Origin: Pseudohongiella sp.
Lineage (GTDB): Bacteria > Pseudomonadota > Gammaproteobacteria > Pseudomonadales > Pseudohongiellaceae
Direction: 5' to 3'
Assembly: GCA_013204155.1 (NCBI GenBank)
Contig: JABMOK010000090.1
Location: 14,850-78,849, forward strand
DNA length: 64,000 nucleotides
Notes under the pieces: generated by a model
What the model was told of the DNA's origin: nothing
Database searches by the model: none
The model's input: the letters and a program-made list of their open reading frames with translations, nothing else
Made by a program: the position numbers and the translations under genes
In this document: positions 1 through 8,964 of the stretch, piece by piece
Layout: the number at the start of each line of letters is the position of its first letter
Numbering within the stretch: the first letter of the stretch is position 1

Positions 1-1137
1 CAAGCCTTGCAACAGTCAGTGCGGCAGTTTGCACAGAAAGAATTGCCAGAAATTGCCCGTCAGGTAGAAGAAACCGATGAACCGCCTGGCATTGAGTTAC
101 GCCGACGTTACGCCGAATTAGGTTATCTTGGGGTCAACCTTGACAGTCAATATGGCGGCGCCGGCATGTCTCATCTGGATGCGGTGTTAGTGCTGGAAGA
201 AATCGCCAAGATTTCGATCGCCGTAGCCTTCCCGATTTTCGAATCCTGCTTCGGTCCCAGCCTGGCCATTGCCCACTTTGGCAGTGAATCGATGCGAAAC
301 GCAATCTTGCCGAAGGTGTGTTCAGGCGAGATCGTGGTTGCAGTATCCATGTCAGAAGCGAATGCCGGCTCTGCCCTTACTGACTTAACTACCCAGGCAC
401 GCGTCGAAGCTGATCGGGTTGTTTTAAATGGCAGCAAACGCTGGTGTTCCGGCGCCGGCCACTCAGAGTCTTATATAGTCTACTGTCGCATGGATAAGAT
501 AAGCGGAGCCAAAGGCATTGGCGCCGTATTAGTGCCAATGGGAACTAATGGATTCAGTTTTGGCAAGCGAGACCATCATATGGGATTTCGAGGAGTTTAC
601 AGCGCCGACATGTATTTCGACAATGTCGAAGTACCGCTGGATAATATCCTGGTGCCCGCCGGCGGCTTTGGTAAATTGATGGACGCCTTCGACCTGGAAC
701 GCTGTGGCAACACGACAATGTCACTGGCAGTGGCACAATCGGCTTTCGATTTCGTCCTCGACTATTGTCAACAGCGTCAACAATTCGGCAAGCCTCTGAT
801 CGATTTTCAAGCAGTGCAAATACAAATCGCCGAAATGAAAATGAAGCTGGAAGCGGCTCGACTGCTACTCTATCGCGCAGTGGTGAACGCCGAGAAAGGC
901 CTACCCTCTATCGCAGAAAGTTCGGTAGCGAAGTGCTTTGCCAACGAAACTGTCCGCGAGGTAACCGGCAAGGCGATGCAATTGATGGGTGGCTACGGTT
1001 ACTCTAAGGAATTTCCGCTGGAACAGAAGCTTCGCGATGCATGGGGCTGGGGAATAGCGGGCGGTGCAATCGACATTCAAAAAGTGAATATCACTTCGGC
1101 GCTAGTCGGCAGGCGATTTAATCAGCGCGCCAGCTAG
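1..1137 (+). CDS. acyl-CoA dehydrogenase family protein, 5' end probably cut by the window edge
   Basis: The frame is open from base 1. The track start is only a TTG at 7, so the true start is probably upstream. The layout is typical of ACADs: N-terminal VRQFAQKELPEIA...YAELGYLG, middle GSKRWCSGAG, C-terminal QLMGGYGYSKEFPLEQKLRDA. Confidence 0.85.
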   Translation, partial: QALQQSVRQFAQKELPEIARQVEETDEPPGIELRRRYAELGYLGVNLDSQYGGAGMSHLDAVLVLEEIAKISIAVAFPIFESCFGPSLAIAHFGSESMRNAILPKVCSGEIVVAVSMSEANAGSALTDLTTQARVEADRVVLNGSKRWCSGAGHSESYIVYCRMDKISGAKGIGAVLVPMGTNGFSFGKRDHHMGFRGVYSADMYFDNVEVPLDNILVPAGGFGKLMDAFDLERCGNTTMSLAVAQSAFDFVLDYCQQRQQFGKPLIDFQAVQIQIAEMKMKLEAARLLLYRAVVNAEKGLPSIAESSVAKCFANETVREVTGKAMQLMGGYGYSKEFPLEQKLRDAWGWGIAGGAIDIQKVNITSALVGRRFNQRAS

Positions 1138-1151
1138 AATGCCAAGGCGCT

Positions 1152-1298
1152 CTAGCAGCTTGTTGAAAAGCTCTCAGGCGAGTGCAAGACAAGGCAAAAT
1201 TTGGCGAAAAAGCGGAGTTTACACGGCGTAAATGAGCATTTTGAGCCAAATTTTAACGCCGTATTGTGCCGGCTGTGAGTTTTTCAACAGCCTGCTAG
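1152..1298. repeat. 147-bp imperfect palindromic (long-hairpin) intergenic element between convergent genes
   Basis: The left end CTAGCAGCTTGTTGAAAAGCTC mirrors the right end GAGTTTTTCAACAGCCTGCTAG. Inner arms also pair: AAAATTTGGC with GCCAAATTTT, and ACGGCGTAA with TTAACGCCGT. The right-hand CTAG contains the stop codon of the minus-strand ORF ending at 1295. Confidence 0.7.
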
Positions 1299-1930
1299 TG
1301 CAGAACTGTACTGTCTGGCTTAACCTTATTTTCGGCAAATTCAGGATGCAACATATCGCCACGTTTGACCAATAACAGATCATGACGACTAAGGCTGTCA
1401 TATTCATCGGTGGAATGAACATCAATATCATCCAACAGCACGCAGACAACATCATCATCTTCAATATCAACGACAATACAGGGCTTAAAGCCAATGACTG
1501 TATTTAATGAGGCCAGTGCACCAATTTCACAACTGTGGACGGGGTAGTAAGCTTCAGCTTTATTAAGCAAGCCATAAGAAGTAAACGCGACACCATAACC
1601 AGCGGCGGCTACGATATGAATGATGTCGATAATATCGGGATCTGCCAGATCGATGCGGACCGTATCCGACATCGGCTGTTTTTTACTCAGCTGTTTCTGA
1701 TTAACAAGCTTGAGGAACAAGCTTATGTCCTCCTGATTCCACTCGAGGGTTTCTTCCTTTTCTGAGCGAGTGCTATCGGAAGACAGGCTTACCACAGATG
1801 TTTCGATGGTGAGGTCACTGATTTCTGTTTCCGGCGGGCAGGGAACTACCAGAGACACGGAGCAGTAGCCTTCACTACTTTCGGCGCCTAGGCGCCACAA
1901 AAATGGGATTTCGGCGGTTAGCTCAATCAT
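1295..1930 (-). CDS. hypothetical acidic cytoplasmic protein
   Basis: A 211-aa ORF with no competing ORF of similar length. I recognise no family. It is acidic, with Asp-rich stretches. Confidence 0.5.
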   Translation of the reverse strand: MIELTAEIPFLWRLGAESSEGYCSVSLVVPCPPETEISDLTIETSVVSLSSDSTRSEKEETLEWNQEDISLFLKLVNQKQLSKKQPMSDTVRIDLADPDIIDIIHIVAAAGYGVAFTSYGLLNKAEAYYPVHSCEIGALASLNTVIGFKPCIVVDIEDDDVVCVLLDDIDVHSTDEYDSLSRHDLLLVKRGDMLHPEFAENKVKPDSTVLH

Positions 1931-2112
1931 AGTAAACTGCTAAATAACATAGAATGGTGCCGCTAAAGATATCACATTCCGCGCATTGGCAGAATCTCAT
2001 TGTTCAAACAAGCTCAAACCAGGCGGATTTGGAAGAACACAGCCACTTACAGTGCTATGCTCAGGATGTCTCCAGCTAGCTTACTTAAGCCTTTGATCGA
2101 GTTGAAAATTTC

Positions 2113-2137
2113 GAAGACCGAATTATTTGGTCTTTTT
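2113..2137 (+). terminator. terminator-like hairpin with no annotated upstream gene
   Basis: The AAGACC stem (2114-2119) pairs with GGTCTT (2129-2134) and runs into a T tract. It lies inside a 540-bp ORF-free AT-rich spacer. Confidence 0.3.
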
Positions 2138-2470
2138 CCACAGAATCTGTGGATAAGTTAGTGCATAAATCCTGAAAATTCGCCGCGAAGCTCGAAATCA
2201 TGCCTCGAGCAGACAGATTGATCACTTTTTGACCAATGACGAATTTCCTTTTATTTCAATGAGTTAACTGTTTTAGAATGTTAGGTTAAAATTTAAACCC
2301 CATTATTATTAGGGTTTTTCGACACCGGGGTCATTTTTGTGCATAAATTATCGAGTTAAATGCTTTTCTCAAAATAATTCCTTTTGTTTATTACTGTTTT
2401 TATTGAAGTTTTTGAATCTATAGTACCGCTCGTTCTTAAAGATTTTCTGTAAGCTGCCGCTAAACAACCG

Positions 2471-2929
2471 ATGAAAAATGGCCTGTATAATTTTCTTCTC
2501 TCCCTAAGTCTGTTCTTATTGCTCGTTGCTTTGTTTCTGGGCTGGGGAGTTTTTCGAAAAGACCAACTGGACGATGCGAGTCAGCAATTAGCAATAACCA
2601 CCTTACAGATCATATTCTCTGCCGAAAACGCCCAATTTCTTGTTGATAATGCCCATCCGGATTACTTGCTTGAAATGTCAGAAGAGTCATTGAACAAGTA
2701 CATTGCCTCCACCCGGCGCATTCTCGGCCCGCTAAATGCCATAACCGCTATTCGAGGAGCATCTGGCGTATCGCTCAATCCTTTCGGCAGAGGCTCCACA
2801 AGCTCAAACTATGAAGTTGATCTGGCCTTCGCTGACGGTCAGGTTACAGCTCTGGTCAGTATGATTTACCAGCAAAGAAAGTGGCAATTTACGGATTTCG
2901 TATTGGAGTCAGAACTACTGGTTGATTAG
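2471..2929 (+). CDS. hypothetical membrane-anchored protein
   Basis: A 152-aa ORF with one N-terminal hydrophobic helix (FLLSLSLFLLLVALFLGWGVF) followed by a soluble domain. I recognise no family. Confidence 0.5.
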   Translation: MKNGLYNFLLSLSLFLLLVALFLGWGVFRKDQLDDASQQLAITTLQIIFSAENAQFLVDNAHPDYLLEMSEESLNKYIASTRRILGPLNAITAIRGASGVSLNPFGRGSTSSNYEVDLAFADGQVTALVSMIYQQRKWQFTDFVLESELLVD

Positions 2930-3079
2930 TTATTTCAGGCGGCTAGCCAGAGCCAGTTAAGCAGGCGCTTGTGGTCCGGCGGCACGACAGAAGAATAAGC
3001 GCGTGCCAGACATGGGTATTGCGCGATTTGGCATAATTTTCATGGATTGTTTTCGACGCGAAGAGTTTTCGCTTAGCGC

Positions 3080-5392
3080 TTATTCCGATACCACCCGCAG
3101 CAGCTGCAAATAGTCGCTGATTCCCTGAAATATTTTTTCTATCGCATCTTGCTTCATGGTCAGCATGCCGTCGTTAAGCGCTTGGTGGCGTATCGTGTCC
3201 AAATCCGCCCTTTTGTAGATCAATGCTTGCAGCTCATTAGTACCAATCAATAATTCATGAATACCGGTTCGCCCCTTATAGCCGGTACCACCACAAACTC
3301 CACAGCCAACAGGTCCATTTAGTTCAACGCTTTCCAGGTCATAACCCAACTCCATGAACTGATCACGACCATAAGTGTCAACTAAATGGTTTAGCTCTTT
3401 CTCATCCGGCTTGTAAGGCTGCTTACACTTGGAACAGAGGGTTCGCATCAATCGTTGCGCCAAGACTCCCAGTAATGCGTCCGAAAAATTAACCGGATCC
3501 AGACCTAAATCTAATAGTCGAGTGATGGTTTCGGGAGCAGAGTTCGTATGCAATGTGGAAAATACCAGGTGACCCGTCAATGATGCTTCGACACCAATAC
3601 TGGCTGTTTCATGATCTCGCATCTCACCAATCAATATTACATCCGGATCTGCGCGCAAAAACGCGCGCATCGCGGTAGCAAAGGTAAAATCAATTTTGGG
3701 TAACATCTGCACCTGTTGTAAACCCGGCTGAGTAATCTCCACCGGATCTTCGGCGGTCCAGATCTTACGCTCTGGCTTATTAATATGACCTAACACGGCA
3801 TGCAGAGTGGTCGTCTTACCAGAGCCCGTAGGGCCAACTACCAGAAACAGTCCGTGGGGGTTAGAAGAGAGCGCTACTATTTTTTCATAGTTCGGTTGGC
3901 TCAAATTGAGTTTGTTAAGCGGCATAGCACTCCCTGCCGCCAAGAGTCGGAGTACCGCGCTCTCTCCCTGCACAGTAGGCACTGTCGCGACACGAAGCTC
4001 TAGCTTTTGACCCCGAATCTTAAGTTTACATTTTCCATCTTGAGGCAATCGTTTCTCTGAAATATCCAATCTCGATATAACCTTGATCCGCGCGATAAGC
4101 GCCGCGCAATGCTCTTTCGGAATTTTCAATAACTCGCGACAAATGCCATCTACCCGGATTCGCACACCACCCGCTGCCTCGTCTTTTCCAGGCTCGATAT
4201 GGATATCTGAAGCACCGAGTCGATCTGCCTCAGTGATAATACGGTTAACTAATTGAATAATGCCGGAAGTGGCAGCGAGATGTTCGTCTTCCTCGTCTTC
4301 CTGGTCGACTCTAGAGATCTCAACTCCACTCTGATCACCGAGCGTAGAAAACACATCATCAAATCCCGCTTCCATAATGGCTTCTGCATCACCGGTCAGA
4401 TATTGCAAAATATGTTCAGGTAAACCGACTCGAAATGCATAGTTGCGCGCATTAACAACACCTTGAATTTCCATGATGCGCTGATAATCCGACGGGTCAT
4501 CGATTAGAATCACCGCTTCCTCTTTATCACCAGCAACAGGTAGCCAAAGATTTTTGCGCAAATAGCTCGCCCCAATATTTTCCAACAGGTCCACCGGCAA
4601 CTTGTGATCAGGGTCATATTTCATATAGGGAACACGATAATAATGTTCCAGAGATTTACCGATGGTGTCCGCCTCGACATTAAATTCTTCCATCAAGACG
4701 CGAGTAACAGAGCCGCCGTACAAAGACACGCTATTCTGCAGATCTACCAATTCGACGCCGCTAATCTTGCCCTTCTGCACCAGGTAATCATAGGGCCCCT
4801 GAGTGCTCTGCAAAGATGATCTGAATTGCTTGGCCAGCATCTGACTGACCATCATTGCGTGTTTTAAATCTTTCTTGGTGAATTCCCTGTCACCTTCAAA
4901 ATTAATTAGCTGCATAACACCCAGCAGGATTTCGTCCTTGATGGGTAAAATGATCATTGATTTTACTTTCCAGCCTTTGGCCTCACTAAAACGCTTGTCG
5001 AACAGCAATCGCGGATGAATATCGGTCAACTCAGCGCTATCAAGCACATTTTTAATAACCAATGCTCTTTGACTAAGCGCAACATAACCCGCGAGAGAGG
5101 TTGCACTGAAGGGGACCCTTATCTCTATGGAATCATCATTGTCGGGATCACCACCTTTAAAGCTGGCAAGAATTTCTTTTCCATTGTCCACAGATTGATA
5201 GATGGTGAATAATTTCACATCCAACAAATCGAGCAAGTCCTGCTCGACTTCTTTCATCGCGACTTTGAGCTTCTTACTGTATTTCAGGCGCTGATAAATC
5301 TTGGCCAAATTGGCGACAAATTCGTCCTTCTGCTCGACGACCGGCGCCGGAGGAATGTCGATTTCAATGTCTGTACTTGTAGTCTTAGTCAT
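3080..5392 (-). CDS. GAF-domain-fused GspE/PilB-family secretion ATPase
   Basis: A 770-aa ORF with an N-terminal GAF-like segment (GYVALSQRALVIKNV...LGVMQLINFEGDREFTKKD). The C-terminal ATPase has Walker A GPTGSGKTTT, Asp box LRADPDVILIGEMRD, His box TGHLVFSTLHTN and a tetracysteine cluster CSKC...CGVCGGTG. Confidence 0.9.
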   Translation of the reverse strand: MTKTTSTDIEIDIPPAPVVEQKDEFVANLAKIYQRLKYSKKLKVAMKEVEQDLLDLLDVKLFTIYQSVDNGKEILASFKGGDPDNDDSIEIRVPFSATSLAGYVALSQRALVIKNVLDSAELTDIHPRLLFDKRFSEAKGWKVKSMIILPIKDEILLGVMQLINFEGDREFTKKDLKHAMMVSQMLAKQFRSSLQSTQGPYDYLVQKGKISGVELVDLQNSVSLYGGSVTRVLMEEFNVEADTIGKSLEHYYRVPYMKYDPDHKLPVDLLENIGASYLRKNLWLPVAGDKEEAVILIDDPSDYQRIMEIQGVVNARNYAFRVGLPEHILQYLTGDAEAIMEAGFDDVFSTLGDQSGVEISRVDQEDEEDEHLAATSGIIQLVNRIITEADRLGASDIHIEPGKDEAAGGVRIRVDGICRELLKIPKEHCAALIARIKVISRLDISEKRLPQDGKCKLKIRGQKLELRVATVPTVQGESAVLRLLAAGSAMPLNKLNLSQPNYEKIVALSSNPHGLFLVVGPTGSGKTTTLHAVLGHINKPERKIWTAEDPVEITQPGLQQVQMLPKIDFTFATAMRAFLRADPDVILIGEMRDHETASIGVEASLTGHLVFSTLHTNSAPETITRLLDLGLDPVNFSDALLGVLAQRLMRTLCSKCKQPYKPDEKELNHLVDTYGRDQFMELGYDLESVELNGPVGCGVCGGTGYKGRTGIHELLIGTNELQALIYKRADLDTIRHQALNDGMLTMKQDAIEKIFQGISDYLQLLRVVSE

Positions 5393-5573
5393 AAATTTTC
5401 ATCGCTTTGCCGCTCTCTCAGACCCGATCTGTAATTGTATCGGCCATGACGATCAATTACTGCTATCGGTAATTACTTCTACGGGCGGCTTATCACCATG
5501 GTTTCCAGAGATCTGGCCGATAATCAAGCCTATCATGCCAATTTTCTCAGCCAAATTGCGGAACCACTTCAAA

Positions 5574-6413
5574 ATGCCAGCAATTTTAGCCAGTTTCAAC
5601 AGGTTTTTACTCCTATTGTTGATGCAATTCCTGCTAGTTCCGGCCGCTCTGGGCCAGTTTCCGCAACTTCCCCAGCCGCAATTGCAATGGCTGGGAGATC
5701 GGATTTTCCAAAATGAGTGTAATAAGCAATACCAATGTCTGACTAGCTGGAATGCGGGAGAAGATTTCCCTTCATTGGGTATAGGCCATTTTATATGGTA
5801 TCGCGAGGGCCAGACTGAAGTATTTGAAGAAACTTTTCCGACACTGCTTGAAACCCTTCAGAACGCGCAATACGCGTTGCCGCAATGGATCGAACAGCTG
5901 GATACAGCGGATTCACCCTGGCAGAACCGGGAGCAGTTTCTGGCGGATGTTAACAGCCCAAGAATGCGAGAATTGAGACAGTTCCTCGCCAATACCATGG
6001 AGCTGCAGTTAGCTTTCATTGTGCAACGACTGTACGCTAGTGTACCGGAACTCTTGCTTAGCGTGAGCGATGAACAACGAGAGCCTGTTGCTGCCAGCTT
6101 CTACCAAATTGCCAACAGCCACCCTCCCTACGGCTTGTACGCGGTTATTGATTATGTCCACTTCAAAGGTACCGGGATGGCAGTCCGCGAGCGCTATCAG
6201 GGTGAAGGATGGGGATTACTGCAGGTTCTGTTAGAAATGCAGCTTAAACACCAGGGTGAAGCTGCTACATTAGAAAATTTCGTCGATTCTGCTGCCCGGG
6301 TGCTGGAGCGACGGGTGGCTAATTCGCCTGGGGATCGACAAGAACAACGATGGATAGCGGGTTGGAAGAACAGACTATTGAGCTATTTACCCATCGATTC
6401 ACCGATCGATTGA
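5574..6413 (+). CDS. hypothetical exported protein
   Basis: The longest ORF starts at 5301 but would overlap the divergent ATPase start at 5392. The ATG at 5574 (alternative 5535) gives a signal-peptide-like N-terminus, MPAILASFNRFLLLLLMQFLLVPAALG. I recognise no family. Confidence 0.6.
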   Translation: MPAILASFNRFLLLLLMQFLLVPAALGQFPQLPQPQLQWLGDRIFQNECNKQYQCLTSWNAGEDFPSLGIGHFIWYREGQTEVFEETFPTLLETLQNAQYALPQWIEQLDTADSPWQNREQFLADVNSPRMRELRQFLANTMELQLAFIVQRLYASVPELLLSVSDEQREPVAASFYQIANSHPPYGLYAVIDYVHFKGTGMAVRERYQGEGWGLLQVLLEMQLKHQGEAATLENFVDSAARVLERRVANSPGDRQEQRWIAGWKNRLLSYLPIDSPID

Positions 6414-6541
6414 AAACAGGCTTATGCTGGCAAAAACCAGACTATTCTTGCCGCCGGGCCCAATACGCTTTACCCTTAAGCTTATTCAATGAGCATTATA
6501 TTCCACCCCTCAGCTGTGTAGTCATCAAGTGAATTTTTATC

Positions 6542-7624
6542 ATGTCTTTTGAGCGCCCCAATATTGCGAAGATGCACGGTTATTCCCCGGGAGAACAAAC
6601 AGGCTCGGGTGACACCATTAAACTAAATACCAATGAAAATCCGTATCCTGCCAGCCCGGAGGTTGCGGCTGCCTTGCGATCGATCGATGTCGATTCCTTA
6701 CGGCGCTATCCGGTACCCATGGCTGATGCCTTTAGAGAATCCGCTAGCCGGCTGCATAAGGTATCTCCCAACAATATTATTCCCACCAATGGCAGTGATG
6801 AATTATTGCGGTTGGCAATCAGCACCTTTGTCGAGCCAGGCGAAGTTATCGCCGTTACTCAACCCAGCTACTCCCTGTATCCGGTGTTAGCAGAAATACA
6901 AGGCTGCAAACTGTTTGAAATTCCATTGCAGGCAAACTGGTCTATGCCGGCGGATTTTTTCCCACAACTGGAAAAATCAGCGGCCAAAATGCTTATCCTG
7001 GTAAATCCTCAGGCGCCAACAGGGGGACTACTTTCAACTGAGTACATCGCGCAACTGGCCGCGGATTTTTCTGGTATTGTTTTGCTTGATGAAGCCTATG
7101 TAAACTTTGTCGACCCTGAACTTGGATACGATTCCGTCAGCTTGATTAATTGCTGTGAAAATCTGCTGATACTACGCACCTTAAGCAAGGGTTACTCGCT
7201 GGCTGGACTACGCTTCGGCTATGGCATCGGAGCCGAATCGTTAATCAACCCTATGATGTTCAAGACGCGAGATAGCTACAACACCGATCACATATCGCAA
7301 CAGCTGGCAAACGCCGCGCTGAATTCCACCGCGTATTCGAAACAAATTTGGCAACGAGTCCGAGCCGACAGAGAGACTTTGCGAACCCGCCTGAATGAAC
7401 TGGGACTCGCTACGCCAGTCAGCCAAACAAATTTTTTGCTGTGCCAGGTTCCCGACTCAATCGGCGCCAAAAATCTCTACCAATTACTTAAACAAAGAAA
7501 CATCCTGGTACGCTATTTCGATCAGGATCAGCTTCGAGACAAGCTGCGTATAACCGTGGGCAAGGAATCAGAGAACCTGGCATTAATTACAGCGATCAAG
7601 CAAATCCAGGAGACTTCCCCCTAG
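6542..7624 (+). CDS. hisC: histidinol-phosphate aminotransferase
   Basis: It has the NTNENPYP motif, a class I/II aminotransferase layout and the PLP-lysine motif LSKGYSLAGLRFGY. Length is 360 aa. Confidence 0.8.
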   Translation: MSFERPNIAKMHGYSPGEQTGSGDTIKLNTNENPYPASPEVAAALRSIDVDSLRRYPVPMADAFRESASRLHKVSPNNIIPTNGSDELLRLAISTFVEPGEVIAVTQPSYSLYPVLAEIQGCKLFEIPLQANWSMPADFFPQLEKSAAKMLILVNPQAPTGGLLSTEYIAQLAADFSGIVLLDEAYVNFVDPELGYDSVSLINCCENLLILRTLSKGYSLAGLRFGYGIGAESLINPMMFKTRDSYNTDHISQQLANAALNSTAYSKQIWQRVRADRETLRTRLNELGLATPVSQTNFLLCQVPDSIGAKNLYQLLKQRNILVRYFDQDQLRDKLRITVGKESENLALITAIKQIQETSP

Positions 7625-7768
7625 CAGGTTCCCTTGCCTGAGATGGTGACAGCCTGCGCATAGTCAAACCTTGGGGCGAGCTCTTTGCGCTGTAGATTGA
7701 CAAGCACTGGTGTCCGGTTTAGAACCTCATGAACATCAAGCTAATGCGAATGACTTGGCGAAAAGCAG

Positions 7769-8209
7769 ATGGTTGATTCGAAAAACACAGTAGCTTCCGA
7801 GCGAGTACATCCATGCCCTACGTGCAAGAAACCCTTGCGCCGAAAAGAAGGAAAAATGGGACCTTTTTGGGGGTGTAGCGGCTTCCCCGATTGCAGAACC
7901 ACGCTTAATGATCTGGCCGGAAAACCATCCACTGAAATTGATGAGCATTATCGTTGCCCGATTTGTACACGGCGACTGGTAAAAGCAGACAAAGACAAAG
8001 GAGACTACTGGTTTTGCAGTGGTTACTCGAAAGGTTGTAAGGTGACTCTAGCCGACCATGACGGCATTCCAGAGGCGGCCTATCGCTGTCAAAAATGCGG
8101 CCATCTATTAGTACAACGAAAAGGGAAAAATGGTGTGTTTTGGGGCTGTAGTGAATATCCACAATGTACAGCCAGTCATGCAGATAAAGATAACAGGCCG
8201 GCGTTTTGA
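7769..8209 (+). CDS. topoisomerase-type C4 zinc-ribbon DNA-binding protein
   Basis: Three repeats of the zf-C4-topoisomerase pattern: CPTCKKPL...FWGCSGFPDC, CPICTRRL...YWFCSGYSKGC and CQKCGHLL...FWGCSEYPQC. Confidence 0.8.
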   Translation: MVDSKNTVASERVHPCPTCKKPLRRKEGKMGPFWGCSGFPDCRTTLNDLAGKPSTEIDEHYRCPICTRRLVKADKDKGDYWFCSGYSKGCKVTLADHDGIPEAAYRCQKCGHLLVQRKGKNGVFWGCSEYPQCTASHADKDNRPAF

Positions 8210-8460
8210 TTTTTTCACTGCTAAAACTACCCAAGAAAACCACCGCGATAATATCCGGTATCGCTATTGCGCTTGGCTCTCTTTGGGGGGTATCAATTTG
8301 GCAGGATATTTCCAGAGAGGAAATACTAAATCTGTTGCTGGGAAGCGTATTAATGCTTGGCGGCATTATGCTATCAGCGCTACTACTCCTTATTCTGCTT
8401 ATCTTATTACGCAAGGTCTTTAGCAAAATTTCGGCATTCATTTCTCGCAAAAATTCGTAA
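8206..8460 (+). CDS. possible small two-helix membrane protein
   Basis: An 84-aa ORF with a TTG start that overlaps the upstream stop by 4 nt. It has two hydrophobic segments. There is no homology evidence. Confidence 0.3.
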   Translation: MIFSLLKLPKKTTAIISGIAIALGSLWGVSIWQDISREEILNLLLGSVLMLGGIMLSALLLLILLILLRKVFSKISAFISRKNS

Positions 8461-8462
8461 TC

Positions 8463-8939
8463 TTAAGTCAGCGGCAAATCACAGGACATGATTTTCGCAT
8501 CCTCTCTTCCTTCTTTGCCGGGGTAGTAATTTTTCCTCTCGCCTATCTGTACAAAACCCATGGATCGATACAGCGTAATCGCTGTTTGATTGGAATGTCT
8601 GACTTCCAGAAAACAAACTTTTGCTTCCAGCTTTTCAGCCCTGTCCAGCAACAGCTTGAATAATTTCTTGCCATATCCCTGCCTTTGAAAATCCGGCTGC
8701 ACGCAAAGTGTTAATAGATGGCATTCGCCGATGGCCACGGACATTACCCCATGGGCGACGATTTGTTGTTTGTTGGCCAAAACCCAACATTGATAACCCG
8801 CTCGCAGGCAATCGATAAATATTCGTTTGCTCCAGGGATGAGCATAGGCTGCCACTTCGTTTTGTACGACAAGATCTATATCGCTTGAACGCATGCTTCT
8901 GGCGAAAAAATTCGTTTCTGGGCTGGAGTTAATCAACAT
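8463..8939 (-). CDS. rimI: GNAT acetyltransferase, probably ribosomal-protein-alanine N-acetyltransferase
   Basis: GNAT fold with the acetyl-CoA loop FQRQGYGKKL, 158 aa. It sits directly downstream of a holD-like gene, as in the enterobacterial holD-rimI pair. Confidence 0.7.
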   Translation of the reverse strand: MLINSSPETNFFARSMRSSDIDLVVQNEVAAYAHPWSKRIFIDCLRAGYQCWVLANKQQIVAHGVMSVAIGECHLLTLCVQPDFQRQGYGKKLFKLLLDRAEKLEAKVCFLEVRHSNQTAITLYRSMGFVQIGERKNYYPGKEGREDAKIMSCDLPLT

Positions 8940-8964
8940 GGCTAAACTACTTGGATACCGCCTC

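Noticed and set aside
2148-2156. Perfect DnaA box TGTGGATAA as evidence for a replication origin
   Set aside because: I saw only a single consensus box, with no cluster of boxes, no AT-rich 13-mer triplet and no dnaA/dnaN/gidA-type neighbours. It is retained only as part of the operator-like palindrome.
5301-5573. N-terminal 91 codons of the longest ORF 5301-6413
   Set aside because: This extension would overlap the divergent ATPase start by 92 nt and has no signal peptide. Internal ATGs at 5535 and 5574 precede a good signal peptide, so the extension is treated as non-coding.
7905-8450. 181-aa minus-strand ORF
   Set aside because: It is antisense to the triple zinc-ribbon gene, whose repeated CxxC...FWGC motifs clearly define the true frame.
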